Source: Eremomyces bilateralis CBS 781.70
Taxonomy: Eukaryota
Strand: one strand, 5' to 3'
DNA length: 64,000 bases
NCBI GenBank assembly: GCA_010015585.1
Contig: ML975175.1
The position numbers and the translations under genes are program-made. Of this stretch, positions 24,698-37,119 are shown one piece after another (within the stretch, counting starts at the first letter, position 1; each line of letters starts with the position of its first letter). Below the pieces are notes generated by a model, which saw only the letters and a list, made by a program, of their open reading frames with translations, ran no database searches and had not been told where the DNA came from.

Positions 24698-25682
24698 TTA
24701 TCCAGCGGCTTCAGTTGGCGGTGGTACTGTCTTTTGCGCACGTCTCTTTCTCCGCCTACGGAGCAGCCACCAAACCAGAATGATACAGAAAATCAGTCCA
24801 CCAACCCCTCCAGTAACCCCACCGATGAGTCCTTTACGATTTGAGCGGTCTATGTGATCCTCATCGATGTCCTGTGATGCCCGAAGTCGATTCAAAGGGC
24901 AAGGTCTCCACATGCTGCGAGTGCCATATGCATGAGTGCGGGAGAAATTAGGTAAATTACCCATCAAACTCCTAGGAATTGGGGTGAAGGTCGACAGTTC
25001 GCGCGCATGCCACGATATAGAATATCCCGATCGTGTACCCACAACGTCGGCTTGACATTCACTGTCGCGCGACTAGTAGGGGCAGACTCCGATATCATTT
25101 TTGTCTTGTGCGTAAGGTATGAGGAACATCGGAAGTATTCTGTTCCCCACGGTCCGGCAGCGAAACCCCTGTCCTCCATTAGTCCAGCCAGAAATGGCAC
25201 CGACACGCACATCACTTACGGTGGACAGCAGTATGCGGTTGTATAGGGGATTCCGACGCGGGTATTGGTCGAGATGATAAAGGTAGAATCGCGATCGGGT
25301 CTCGGATCAAGAGTCCACCATGCTGATATGGCTGTGCTAAATATGTTGGTGAGGTTTGCTGTTCGGATCCCTATAATTTTGTATCCATGATGACAGAAGA
25401 CTTTGACCGGGGCAAAGGCTTTATAGCCCCTAGGCTCTCTGAAGTGAAAGAGGACAGCAAGGAACGCGCCTCTGGAGGTGTACACGTTGCGACTGCGGCA
25501 TCGAAAGTAGCATCCCAGATTGGCCATTCATCCTCGCAGGTCATATGGTATATCGTGAATAGACGTGTAGAACAATCTGGGGGAGGCGTGAAGGTTGTCG
25601 TCGGGAATGATGCATCCCAAGCGGTCATGTAGAACGGAGGGGGGGTTCGGATGGTTGGAGTCGGTTCTGATGTGGCTGCCAT
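24698..25682 (-). pseudogene. Fungal single-pass membrane protein (TTTFTPPPDC..YCCP type), probably frameshifted
   Basis: TTTFTPPPDC, TAYCCPP and the TM GLIGGVTGGVGGLIFCIILVWWLLRRRRKRR lie in different frames. Confidence 0.5.
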
Positions 25683-26784
25683 GGTGAAAGGAGAAAACCA
25701 CGGGAATGGGAGCGACGACTGCTAGTTTTGTCGAGAGCCGACTGTTGGGGGTTATTTAACGCATGTATATTCGAGATATACTGTGCAGTAAGGTACCTAG
25801 GCAACAAATATCCGCGTATACCCAACCATATCCACCGACCTGGCTCTTTGGGCGAAGCCTACCCTTAAGTATTTCTATTGCTTCCATGCTCTTGCTGTGG
25901 CGACTTTCCCAATGCGCCCTATAGGCATTCTTACTACGTACGTAGTAGTAGATCTTAGTCCATTGATCTTCATCTCATGATAGCAGAGTTCTATTCTTTT
26001 TCCTTCTGATAAACCACCCGGTGATTTGCGTGGTGATAGGTCCTGTCCTGACGAAAGTTCAGCTACCATGCATCAGAAGCAAAACAGGGGTTGATTCTGG
26101 GGTTGATACAAGCGCCGAAGCGACAAAACTTTAGAACATCGAAAGGATTTGACTATTTGAGCAACTAAGTTAAAGATACGATTAGTAAAACATTCGAATT
26201 TCAATGGGGCTGGATTTTTGGGACGAACAGATCGCCCAATTATTTCGATCTCGGTACGGGCGCCAAGTGTAAATCCTCAGACCAGACCTACTGATCAGCA
26301 GCCAGCAGCCCAGGTTTTAACACCACAGCATTGCCACAGAGAGGCAGTGCTTCGGTTCGCTGGCTTTGCTTTGATGTCTGCGTCGCTGCTTATCTAATTA
26401 CATGGCCCTGATTCCTTCCTGGTGTCCTCCAATACTATAATGTGTTACAGGAACGGCAGTTTAACAACGAACCTTGCCCGGCATGAAATCCTGATCTAGG
26501 CGCAGTACAGAATACGAGGCTGCGGTTTCCGATGACGATGGCACGACGTTCAAATATATTCTAATAAGACGAGTTAGAATTGCAGGTACAACTCCAGGTC
26601 ATCTAATATCCAGTGGGATTTCGACAGAAGAGTACATACCGGTATGGTAAAGTACTGTAGTTACATATAATTATTTCGTAACCTCATCAAAGTGCCCCTC
26701 CGAAATCTCAGCGCTTTCTTTCGAAGTCACCACCCTTTCGAAAAGAGTTCAAACCCTCCCGACGATCCCTCGCGTCTTGCAAAC

Positions 26785-27531
26785 ATGGACAGGCTCTTTC
26801 CGCCAAACCAGTTATGGTCAGGCGGTCTTCGAAATGGCATGGTCGTTTTGCTCGTCATTTCCACCCTGGTGTGCATCTACACGGTACTCACGATCGCTTC
26901 ATTAGGATATGCGGTGACACATCCATTCATATCGAGTTCAAAACTCTCTTCCAAAGAGTACGAGGAGGGCAGTTCGGGAATCGCATGGGGAAATTCCAAT
27001 TATAACGGGAGCGATGCGTACGTCCGCTTTTACGTGATTCTGGCTTCCTGCTTGCTGTGTATTCAGCCATTATCCTGCCCAATCAATCATACAATACTCA
27101 AGAGAATGCACAAGCTAACGATTTACGGACATTTCGAGATCATGATACGCCTTTTATTTGTCCCCGTAGAGCTCTTCCACCTTCCCATCTCCTTCTACCT
27201 GTATCGCTCCGACCGCCATCACCCTGTCGCAGCGCTCGTAATGTCAATCCTGCTTCTCGGCACATGGACCACCGTAGCGGTCTTCCGGGCTTTTCTGGAC
27301 TTCATGTTTCATGAGATACCCCTTACGAGCACGTGGCTGTCACTGAGCTATACGTCCGTCGCGTTCGCGTCATTCACTACCTTGGCGTATATCGTGTACC
27401 TGGGGTACGCTGCCGCTGCCGTGCATGCGTGGAGGCGGGAGAAAAAGGAAAGAGAGCGGATGAGAAGGCTGAGTTGGAGGATTGGGAACGGCGGCGATGG
27501 AAATGAGATCGAGTTGGAGAGAAAGGGCTGA
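26785..27531 (+). CDS. Hypothetical multi-pass membrane protein
   Basis: Open frame with ~4 hydrophobic segments and a basic/acidic tail (AAAAVHAWRREKKE..EIELERKG); may contain an in-frame intron. Confidence 0.55.
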   Translation: MDRLFPPNQLWSGGLRNGMVVLLVISTLVCIYTVLTIASLGYAVTHPFISSSKLSSKEYEEGSSGIAWGNSNYNGSDAYVRFYVILASCLLCIQPLSCPINHTILKRMHKLTIYGHFEIMIRLLFVPVELFHLPISFYLYRSDRHHPVAALVMSILLLGTWTTVAVFRAFLDFMFHEIPLTSTWLSLSYTSVAFASFTTLAYIVYLGYAAAAVHAWRREKKERERMRRLSWRIGNGGDGNEIELERKG

Positions 27532-28709
27532 CGAGAAGCGACGCATACGTTAAATGATCTAAGGATGAAGGATGACTGCGGTAGTTATCATAATGTTTAT
27601 AATAATTAATCTGTAATACTTACCAGGATACGACGACCCAAGAACGAGGTTTGTAATGGGGATTGGTGTCATAGCAGGACTCTGATACGAGAAATGGGCG
27701 AACAGACTGAAAGTGGAGAGGCCACACCATCTTATAATATCAGATGGCAGGTTTCTCTTTCGTCGAGAAGTTTAATTCTTAATATAACTGTCCTGTAACT
27801 CACGATACGGCAACTCCCATTCCCAATCTATTAGCGACTTGTGCATACCTTGTTACGCTTGTGTCTGTGTCAGCGTTGCAAACCAAGGCATCAGCTCCAG
27901 GAGCCTAAGGCTAAAAACTGCGTTATAATTTTGCCATGAGTGTTATGGTCCCAGACTGTGGCATGAGTCCTTGGGTATGGTTGATTGCGATGGAGATGTG
28001 GCTAGTGGATTGCTTAGGGATTATCAGAAAAGCAAACATGGTGACACAACATTACTCTAGAGCAGCAAAGGGGAGAGTCGCTACTTCGAGTACAAAGGCG
28101 CTGAGGGATTTCTTCCTTCTCTCTCTCTAGTTTAGATTAATGGAACTTAGTAATCGCAGACCTTGCGCTGTTGCGCATCCAAACCGTGTTAATAATGAGT
28201 CTCGTATAAGTTTTCTGCTGCCCACCCCCGATCCCGCCCACTTCGAAATCAGTTGCACTAACTAGGATGGTTAACTTAAGTTTAACCAAGTCTTAACTAT
28301 TACTAATTCATTCCATATGGCGGGCCACCCATTCGCACGAGGAGATGGATTTCTTCCTAGAGCTCTAGGGGAAATCTCAGCCGACAAGCACGAAGTTGAG
28401 AAAGTCATGAGGAATGTCACAAAGGACATTGGCGACGTATGGGGTGATGTGTAACACCCCAACGTCGGACAGTTCGTGCAGTTGAAATGTTGAATTGAGG
28501 GCATAGACCACTGATATGTGGCATTAAAGGCGTTCCACCACCATGTGATGGGGCAGAGACCGGAGTGGGGCCTGCGGGGGTCTTGGCGGAGGGCGATCTC
28601 TACTTTGCCGAGTATTAGCCGTCGATGGGGTAATCAGGGTCCGCTGCCAACCAGGGTCCAGGAGTATCCTCCGGCGTAGCTGGTAATTACTAATTATCCC
28701 AACTCCTGG

Positions 28710-28752
28710 CCACCTCCACCTCCACCTCCACCTCCACCTCCACTTCCACCTC
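28710..28752. repeat. (CCACCT)n microsatellite
   Basis: ~7 hexamer units just upstream of the HDAC start. Confidence 0.9.
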
Positions 28753-28873
28753 CTAGATACGACTTTCGCGTAAGCACCATCGCCCGCCGTTCGCAGCGAT
28801 ACAAAGACGAGGAAGAGAAAGAGCGAAAGGACAACAGACGGAAGACCCAGCCGTCGCATGTCAGGAAGATATC

Positions 28874-31247
28874 ATGGCCGAAGACAAGCTCGAACCCATC
28901 GATGAATTCAACGTCCGTGAGACGAAGCCGAAGAAGGTCGCGTACTTCTACGACAGCGATGTCGGGAACTACGCGTACGTAGCAGGACATTATATGAAGC
29001 CGCATCGCATTCGAGTCGCTCACTCGTTGGTCATGAACTATGGCTTGTACAAGAAGATGGAGATCTATGTTAGTTCATTCCCTCCCTCATGGCGGTCTGC
29101 GGCGGATGCGACACCTTGAAATCACTTGCAATTGAGCTCATGCATGAATATGAGCCAACGGTATGTCTGTCTTAGAGAGCAAAGCCAGCCACTAAGTACG
29201 AAATGACCCAATTCCACGCCGACGAATACATCAACTTCCTCTCGACCGTCACTCCCGACAATATGGACAACTACTCGAAGGAGCAATCCAAGTACAACTT
29301 TGGAGACGACTGCCCCGTCTTCGATGGTCTGTTTGAGTTCTGTGGTATCTCCGCAGGTGGCTCAATGGAAGGCGCTGCGCGTCTGAACCGGCAAAAATGT
29401 GACATCGCAATCAACTGGGCGGGAGGGCTACATCACGCGAAGAAGTGCGAGGCGAGCGGGTTTTGCTACGTCAACGGTGTGCCACCCCGACTTTCCACAT
29501 GAGAAACCCAGCTAATCCTCACTCCCAGACATCGTCCTTGGCATCCTCGAGCTCCTCCGATTCCACAAGCGAGTTCTCTACATCGACATCGACGTCCACC
29601 ATGGCGATGGCGTCGAAGAAGCGTTCTACACCACCAACCGCGTCATGACATGTTCTTTCCACAAATACGGTGAATTCTTCCCGGGCACCGGCGAGCTCCG
29701 CGACATCGGAGTGGGCGATGGCAAGAATTATTCCGTGAACTTCCCTCTCCGGGACGGCATCACCGACAAGACCTACAAGAGCGTTTTCGAGCCCGTCATC
29801 GAAGCGATCATGCAGTGGTACCAGCCTGAAGCGGTCGTCTTGCAGTGCGGCGGAGATAGCTTGTCGGGAGATCGTGTGGGCAGTTTCAATCTCACGATGA
29901 AGGGCCATGCGAACTGTGTGAGATTTGTCAAGAGCTTCAATCTGCCCACTCTGGTCCTTGGTGGCGGAGGCTACACGATGCGGAACGTGGCGCGGACATG
30001 GGCTTTCGAGACCGGGGCCCTAGTCGGACAACTAATGCCTACCGTCTTGCCTTTTAACGAATACTACGATGTAAGCCACTCCTTCACTCCTCATCCTACT
30101 TCGGGCCACTCCAACATGATGCCAGTATTTCGCCCCTGACTACGAACTCAACGTCCGTGCCTCCAACATGGAAAACAGCAACTCTCCAGAATACCTCGAC
30201 AAGATCAAATACCAAGTCATCGAAAACATCAAGCGCACCGCCTTCAACAACTCCGTGCAATTGACCGAAATCCCCGGCGAGCTCCGCCCCGGCATCTCCT
30301 CCGAAGACGACGACATGCGCGACGACGAGGACGAGGACGCCTTCCCGGACATCCGCGTGACCCCGCACCGCGAAGACCAACGGACCCACGACGACCGCGA
30401 GTTCTACGACAGTGACAACGAGGAGACGGAGCGGCCCCGGGCGCGACGGCGCCTCAGCCACTTGGTTGGGCGCATGATACTGCAAGACGAGCACAAGGAC
30501 ACCGAATCCCGCGACGCCGTGATGGCGGACAGCGAGGACATCCTCGCCGAGATCGCCAAGGTCGACGACGACATGGACGAAGACCCTGACGCCCTACACA
30601 CCAACCACCCCATCGACCCCACCAACCCCACCGTCGCCCCCATCAACGGCACCCCCACCCTCCGNNNNNNNNNNNNNNNNNNNNNNNNNNNNNNNNNNNN
30701 NNNNNNNNNNNNNNNNNNNNNNNNNNNNNNNNNNNNNNNNNNNNNNNNNNNNNNNNNNNNNNNNACCCTCCCCGCCCCCATCGGCACCCGCGCCGAGAAT
30801 AAAACCATCGAAGCCCTCGCCGCCTCCCTCCCCACCGACCCCTCCGCCTCCCCCACCGTCTTCCCACCCGCCGCATCCCAACCACCAGCTGCCGAACTCG
30901 CACCCGAGCCAACAACCAGCTTTACCGAACTCCCAGCTGAGAGGCCGACCGCGGACGAGGATGGTGACGTGGCCATGGACAAGGACGACGCGAAGGACGC
31001 CGTCCCGGGCGTGGAGAAGGTGGAGGCGGAGACGGAGGGTGCAGACGTGCCTGCGAAGGAGACGGATACACACGTGGAGGCGGAGAAAGATGCGGAGATG
31101 GGGATGGAGGGGACGAAAGGGACTGTGGCTATGGCTACGGTTGCGATCGTGGATGCGGGTGCGGATGGGGAACAAGGGAGTAAGGAGGGGGAGGGGAGGA
31201 AGTTGGTGGAGGCGGAAGCGGAGAGCGGGGAGAAGGCGAGCGAGTGA
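28874..31247 (+). CDS. RPD3: Class I histone deacetylase, Rpd3/RpdA type; spliced; N-gap in the acidic tail
   Basis: [62 protein letters not shown]. Confidence 0.92.
30665..30764. other. Assembly gap (100 N)
   Basis: Run of N. Confidence 1.
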
Positions 31248-31759
31248 ATTCGAAGTCCGATGGTTCCGTTTTGCAATTTCCTACCGACGCCGGACGAGCC
31301 GATCGTTCTTGTTCCGGTCCGGTCCGATCGTCCCTCCAGGGCCTTTCACACCTGAACCCGATTCAGAGACAGCAGACCGACTGACCGACCGTCACACATG
31401 TCCTTCGGTCAACGTCGGCGAATGGATCGGCGCGGGATGGCTGGGCGTTTATACTCGGGGACGTACGAAGGGGGAGGAGTCGTATCATCGTTTTGTGGCA
31501 GCGACATGCATATATGAATTGGGATGCATGCATGCGTGCATCAGCAAGGAGTTTTGTTCTCGTCGGGTTCTTCCTCGCTAGGTGAGTTGGCTCTGCTGGC
31601 TGGCTCGCTTACAACTGCCTCTTTTCAATTACATGCCGTTCTGATTGTTTCTTTCGCGATATGCGGACACAGTCCAAGGTTTAGATAGACGAAATTAGAA
31701 AAAGAACGAAGAATTCATCGATATATTGTGGCGTTTGGCTTCAACTCGCTTTTTTCGGG

Positions 31760-32230
31760 GCGGCCTATCGGTGTCGGTGGTAAAGGAGCCTGCTGCGCGG
31801 CAATGGATGTGTGTGAGGCCAACAGCGTCTCCACTGCCGTCACGCCCCATTCCTACCAAACGGAAGCCTACAATATATGCCAGGGCGAGAAGTGCGGTGG
31901 GACATACTCCATACGATACGCCGGAACATGCGATCCCTATAGCTGCGACTTCAACTCCTTCCGGAAGGGTGACAAGAGTTTCTATGGAAAAGGAGAACCG
32001 TCGATACCAACGGCAAGATCATCGCGGTTACTCAGTTCCTCACCGGAAGGAGCGGGACGCTCAGCGAAATCAAGCGATTCTACGTCGTCGACGACAAAGT
32101 CATACCGAACTCCGAATCGAAGGTTCCGGAGTTACTGGGAACTCGCTCAATGAACAGTTATGCACTGCGCAGAAATCCACCTTTGGAGATGAAGACACCT
32201 AGAAGGAGAGAGGTGGGTGGGCATCCATAT
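31760..32230 (+). pseudogene. GH7 cellobiohydrolase fragment
   Basis: [45 protein letters not shown], then [24 protein letters not shown] in shifted frames. Catalytic EMDIWE is altered; no 5' half. Confidence 0.85.
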
Positions 32231-33171
32231 CACGCGCCGCGGAGAAAGGGATGGATATGAGTATAGGCCATAAGCATGATAAATCCAAGTGTTCTGTACT
32301 CCTTGAAAAGCCTCATGGCATAGCCGCGCTTGTACGAGGTTCTGTCCGACACTGGGACGATATCGTCGAGGGGCTTGCTCTGAAAATCAGTCAGAAGCTC
32401 CTTTATCTCCTGTTCTCTGGCCTCGCCCTTTTTAATAATGCGTTGCGGCGCCATTGTCAAGACGCTTCTTTGAATGGACGTAGAGACAGAACTTTTGCTG
32501 CTTGGAGCGTAGATAGCGTCGACTACCGCCGAACCGATGAAACTGGAACTGAAGGAGTGGACTATAGACTGCGAACAAGACTTTGACGGAGAGCGAGACT
32601 GGAAAACTAGGGAGAAACGACATCTTTACAATCCTTACCATGGCTACAGAGAGAGTATTTTCGACGAACCCTCGTCCTCCGGTGGTATTAACCCTCTGAT
32701 TTCGACCGATTATGTGTAGCTGGGGGATTTTAGGGAACTCTCATTGCTGTATGTTTTTTTGGCTTCCTGCTATAGGAATTTTTGGTCTAGAGATCGTCGC
32801 ATCGTCCAGGCATGTGCTCTCGAGAGAGTCCAGGGACCTGGGTGTGGTCTGGATAGTCGCTTCTACTAGAGCCTGTGTAGTTCAGTATTAACTGTATTAT
32901 TTAGTGTCTGGTCATTATCTCGTCTGCGCGCCGCAGGCATGTGCAGACTGCAATCCCACAATTCGGCTCTCGGTTGAAAGTCTAACCGGTTTCGAGTGAG
33001 ATGTGTGGAGTGTGGAGTTCCCCGTCTCGCGCGTGGGTGTCGGCGCGTCGCATCATATAAATACTTACCTACCTGTGTCCTGTACAAGTCTCCAGTTACT
33101 ACCCACCCACGTTCATACTTGTCAAATTAGCCATTTTTATAGTTGAAAGCTGCATTACAATCCCCTCCAAG

Positions 33172-33600
33172 ATGTCCGACAACGCTGCCCTCCGCTCCGG
33201 CCTCTTCAAGACCGCCGCCATCCTCAGTCTTCTTTCGACTGCCGGTCACATCAAGATGGGTCTCGACGAAATTTACCCACAATTCAAGGCCCTCCAAAAT
33301 CCTCGTGCTAGACGCGCAGCTCACAATGGTTGGGATTATATCAACGTGACGATGCTTCTTTCAGGTTCGTTCCTCTGCCCGGACATGCACCCCGGGTCAC
33401 TGACACTGATGTTTGAAGCTCTGCTCAACTGGCAATGGGCGAAAAAGGCCCCGGAGTCTCTGGAGGACAAGGGAATGCTGGCAGTCTTAGCAGTCGGTGG
33501 TGCGTTCATGGGATTCCGCTACGGAGCTGTTGGAGAATGGCGTCCGATCGTGACGTATTGGGGGATTCCGACCATTGCGATTGCAGCCACTCTTTTGTAA
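33172..33600 (+). CDS. Small hypothetical membrane protein (probably one intron)
   Basis: ORF with hydrophobic segments; candidate GT..CTGAC..AG intron at ~33365-33418. Confidence 0.6.
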   Translation: MSDNAALRSGLFKTAAILSLLSTAGHIKMGLDEIYPQFKALQNPRARRAAHNGWDYINVTMLLSGSFLCPDMHPGSLTLMFEALLNWQWAKKAPESLEDKGMLAVLAVGGAFMGFRYGAVGEWRPIVTYWGIPTIAIAATLL

Positions 33601-33617
33601 TGGAGATGCCGCATGTA

Positions 33618-34065
33618 CTATGGTTACAGGCAAAAGTATTGTTAGCGCGGCGCTAATCAGGGGTATCCAACCTAAACCGTTTTTGTCCTTTTTTCATTAC
33701 AAATTAGATATAGATTTCATTATCGTGTATAGCCTCCATTTGCGCCTATCACATCCTAGCATCTCTAGCCCATTGATTCGACAACTCGTACAGGAATTCC
33801 TCTAGTATAGCCTCCCAAGCATCGTTAATTCCCTCCCGAAGCTGGTCATAAGTTAATCAGGCATCCCCAATTCCCTATAGTGGTCCTGGATCTAGTCCTT
33901 CATCTAATTCCATACTGTCTCAATAGGATTCAGGTCCGGAGAATGAGCAGGCTAATAGATGGTGAAATCTATATCCAATTAGTAATGGAAGAATGAACAA
34001 AACCGGTTTAGGTTAGACACCCCTGATTAGCGCCGCACTAACAATACTTTTGCCTGTAACCATAG
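33618..34065 (-). mobile_element. Internally deleted Tc1/impala-like element (MITE-sized)
   Basis: TA TSD (33616-17, 34066-67); ~100-bp TIRs starting CTATGGTTACAGGCAAAAGTATT. Interior encodes *PAHSPDLNPIETVWN*MKD*I..DAWEAI..VIGANGGYT (Tc1 C-terminus). Confidence 0.92.
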
Positions 34066-34729
34066 TAAACGTGATTGAAGATATCCAACTTTTCCGATGC
34101 CTGGAAACACATAAACTGAGCTATCGTTCTACTTATTCACCACTGAAATCGGAGGTTAGATTGGTTAAATTCGGACGAGATCAGATGCATCATGCGTGGG
34201 ACGACTGCAGTCGGATCACCTTCGCGAAAGAAACAGGCCAATATTACGTGATATATCCATCAGTACCATGCGATCGACCGCTGTTTTCGGCCCTCTAAAA
34301 TTATGCAAGTTTCCAATGCACCAGTCCACTGGTCCCGACCACTACTCAAGGCAGGGCCTTTCCGAGTTTACCCACGTTCCCTCCTTTCCCTAGAGGGCGA
34401 TAAGAAGGAATACGATGTTACCGAATGGCTGGAACACTGGCGACCTGGCGCTACCGTAACCTCTGCGTCCAGAGCTATCGAAACCCCCCCTCCAGATGAC
34501 AAGGATCTCCGCATGGTTGTAGCAGCTGCGGGGAAGGTATCATTGTGTGAGGTTCAACACATGTCCCTAGCCTGAGAGGCCTCGGGTTCGACAGCCGATG
34601 GATTGATTAATGCTTGAGTAGGTATAGGTAAGTACCTTATAAGGTCCCTACTCCCTAGGGTACTTGCGAATTCCCGGGAACCACACACAAACCTTCAAAC
34701 TACTTACTGCTACTCTACCGGTCATCGTC

Positions 34730-36748
34730 ATGGCAACTGGAACCAAAGAGGACCTCATTGTCCGTGTCCCCTCTGATTTGACCAAAGAATGGCTGTCTTC
34801 GAAGTTCAATGCGGCTGTATCGTCCTTTAAAACCGAGAAAATCGGTACAGGACAGGTCTCGCATTGCCATCGTGTATCCTTGGACTACGTGGACCCGAAG
34901 TCCGCTGGTCCAAGCAGCGTGATCTTGAAGGTTGCCTCTGACGATAGCTCCTCCAAGGAGTCTGCCCAACTCCTCAATCTGTACCAGCAAGAGGTCAAAT
35001 TCTACACGGAAATATTCCCTCATCTCCATCCTGGATCGCTATCTCCAGTGTACCATGCGGCTTATTACGAAGATGACAACACTTTCTGCTTACTGCTCGG
35101 AGATGCGACTCCAGCAGTGGTTGGGAATGAGATCGAAGGAACCACCATTGAAAAGGCACGGCTTGCAATGCGAGAGCTCGGCAAGCTCCAGGCGTCAACC
35201 ATCAACAGTACCAAAATGCAAGAGTTAGAATGGTTGAACAGGCCAAGTCCCCTGGATCAGCAAATGTTCCAAGCGATGTTCAAAGAATGGGTTGAAAGAT
35301 ATGAGAAAAGAGTGAAACCGGCGCATATGGTCGTCTGCTCCAGCCTCGTCAGCACCTTTGACCAATTTGAAGCGGAGAGAAAGGAGAAAGAAACCGTATG
35401 GGGACTCGTCCATGGAGACTACCGACTCGACAATCTTCTCTTTGGGGAGAGCGGCTCCGATCGGGAGTTAACCATTGTCGATTGGCAGACCCTATTCTGG
35501 GGCCCGCTCATGTCCGATGCAGCATATTTCCTTGGATGCGCCCTGGATCCCGCACTTAGGCGTGAGCACACTGATGAGCTCCTCAAAATTTACCACGAAG
35601 CCCTAGGCTCAGAGATCGTGACTCTGGAGACGTGTCGCGAAAGCCTGCGGAGACAGGCATTCTTCGGCGTCGTGATGGCCATCGTCTCACCGATCTTTGT
35701 TGAGCGAACCGAGAGAGGAGACGATCTGTTTATGACGCTTATCGCCCGACATTGTCAGCAAGTGCTCGATCTTGACTCGTTGGACATGTTGCCGCGGCCT
35801 GCTGCTCTTGTACCGCTGTCACCGGCACTGAAAGATGAGGGCCGTCACCCGCCGGGAAAAGAGCATTTCTGGCAGGAGAGCTATTACATGGATTTTGCAG
35901 ACCTCTCACAGGGCATTGGAGGATATGTTCGGCTTGGTGTCGACCCTGCTCGAAATCGCACATGGTATACGGCTGTTCTCGCTGGCCCAGGAAGGCCGTC
36001 GGTGGCGATTGTTGACTTCCACGCGCCGTTGCCAGACGCAGACATGAACATCAAAGCTTCTGATTTTGAATCCAAGCAGAAAGTGAATGATCCACTAAAG
36101 AGCTATACTGTTACCGTTAAAGGTACTGCTCGGTCCTATGCGGATCCGTCAATGCTCCTTCAAAAAGACTGGGACACGCTAGGGAAACCAGTGCCAGTGA
36201 CATTGGATTTGACCTGGGTTTCTGACGGAACACCTTACAAGTACCGTATCACCACTCGCTATGAGATTCCATGCCTCATCACTGGGAGTATCTCTATCGG
36301 CTCGGAGACTATCAAGCTAGATGCTGTCCCAGGGCAAAGAGATCATTCCTGGGGGGCACGGGATTGGTGGTCAGCGGATTGGGTATGGAGCGCACTCCAT
36401 TTGGATGAGAAGACACACATCCACGGGCTGGACCTGCGCGTCCCATCTGGTCCTCGGCTGTCCCTAGGATACGTTCAAAATGCCCCGAAGGAACAAAAGA
36501 TCACCGAATTGAGCAGTAACCTGTGTGAGGAGGCGTTTCACGACAATGGGTTGACCAGCACGGCGACCTGGACAATCAAGAGCGAGGGGATGGAGGACAT
36601 AGTTGCGAATATGGAAATTCTGGGACATGGGCCGCTCAGGCTTGAAGCGGATGACGGAAGGGTGGCACTGTTCCCAAGAGCTTGGGGGAAGATCAAAACC
36701 GAAGACGGTCGAGAGGGGGTCGCATGGGCGGAATGGAATAAAAACTAA
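34730..36748 (+). CDS. APH/ecdysteroid-kinase-like phosphotransferase fused to a C-terminal beta-rich (CrtC/tocopherol-cyclase-like) domain; intronless
   Basis: KIGTGQVS, VILKVA, Brenner motif HGDYRLDNLLF, IVDWQ; C-terminal WQESYYMDF..GGYVRLG..GQRDHSWGARDW. Confidence 0.8.
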   Translation: MATGTKEDLIVRVPSDLTKEWLSSKFNAAVSSFKTEKIGTGQVSHCHRVSLDYVDPKSAGPSSVILKVASDDSSSKESAQLLNLYQQEVKFYTEIFPHLHPGSLSPVYHAAYYEDDNTFCLLLGDATPAVVGNEIEGTTIEKARLAMRELGKLQASTINSTKMQELEWLNRPSPLDQQMFQAMFKEWVERYEKRVKPAHMVVCSSLVSTFDQFEAERKEKETVWGLVHGDYRLDNLLFGESGSDRELTIVDWQTLFWGPLMSDAAYFLGCALDPALRREHTDELLKIYHEALGSEIVTLETCRESLRRQAFFGVVMAIVSPIFVERTERGDDLFMTLIARHCQQVLDLDSLDMLPRPAALVPLSPALKDEGRHPPGKEHFWQESYYMDFADLSQGIGGYVRLGVDPARNRTWYTAVLAGPGRPSVAIVDFHAPLPDADMNIKASDFESKQKVNDPLKSYTVTVKGTARSYADPSMLLQKDWDTLGKPVPVTLDLTWVSDGTPYKYRITTRYEIPCLITGSISIGSETIKLDAVPGQRDHSWGARDWWSADWVWSALHLDEKTHIHGLDLRVPSGPRLSLGYVQNAPKEQKITELSSNLCEEAFHDNGLTSTATWTIKSEGMEDIVANMEILGHGPLRLEADDGRVALFPRAWGKIKTEDGREGVAWAEWNKN

Positions 36749-37119
36749 GGGTGAGATGAAAGATCTCCTGCGTAGCTGTGAATACAATAGAACCAGCAGC
36801 CCTCTTGCTTCGAAATCCTACAAGTCCAATGACAAGCCACCAACGAGCTTCTACAGCCACGAGACCCTTTTCTCATCAAATATTCCGTTCGATATGCACT
36901 GCTTTGAGGCTATAGACTCCATCGCATTTTGGGACGGCCGTATGCGAGACATTGTAATCTACATTTTCGATGTTCCGCGATACCTGATGCACGAATCAGT
37001 GCTTCATTCGTCCGCCTGAGAACCTGTTTTGGCACGTTCATGTAAAACTACGGAGCCCGACCATGACATAATAGCCGGATGACCGTAGGTGGTCCCGTAT
37101 TGAGAAATAGACTTAGCAC

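Noticed and set aside
30404..31581. Long antisense/alternate-frame ORFs over the HDAC tail (similar ones over LAS17, MLS1, SDR)
   Set aside because: Shadows of GC-rich, low-complexity coding sequence
32230..32719. Small ORFs downstream of the GH7 relic
   Set aside because: Could not be assigned to any family
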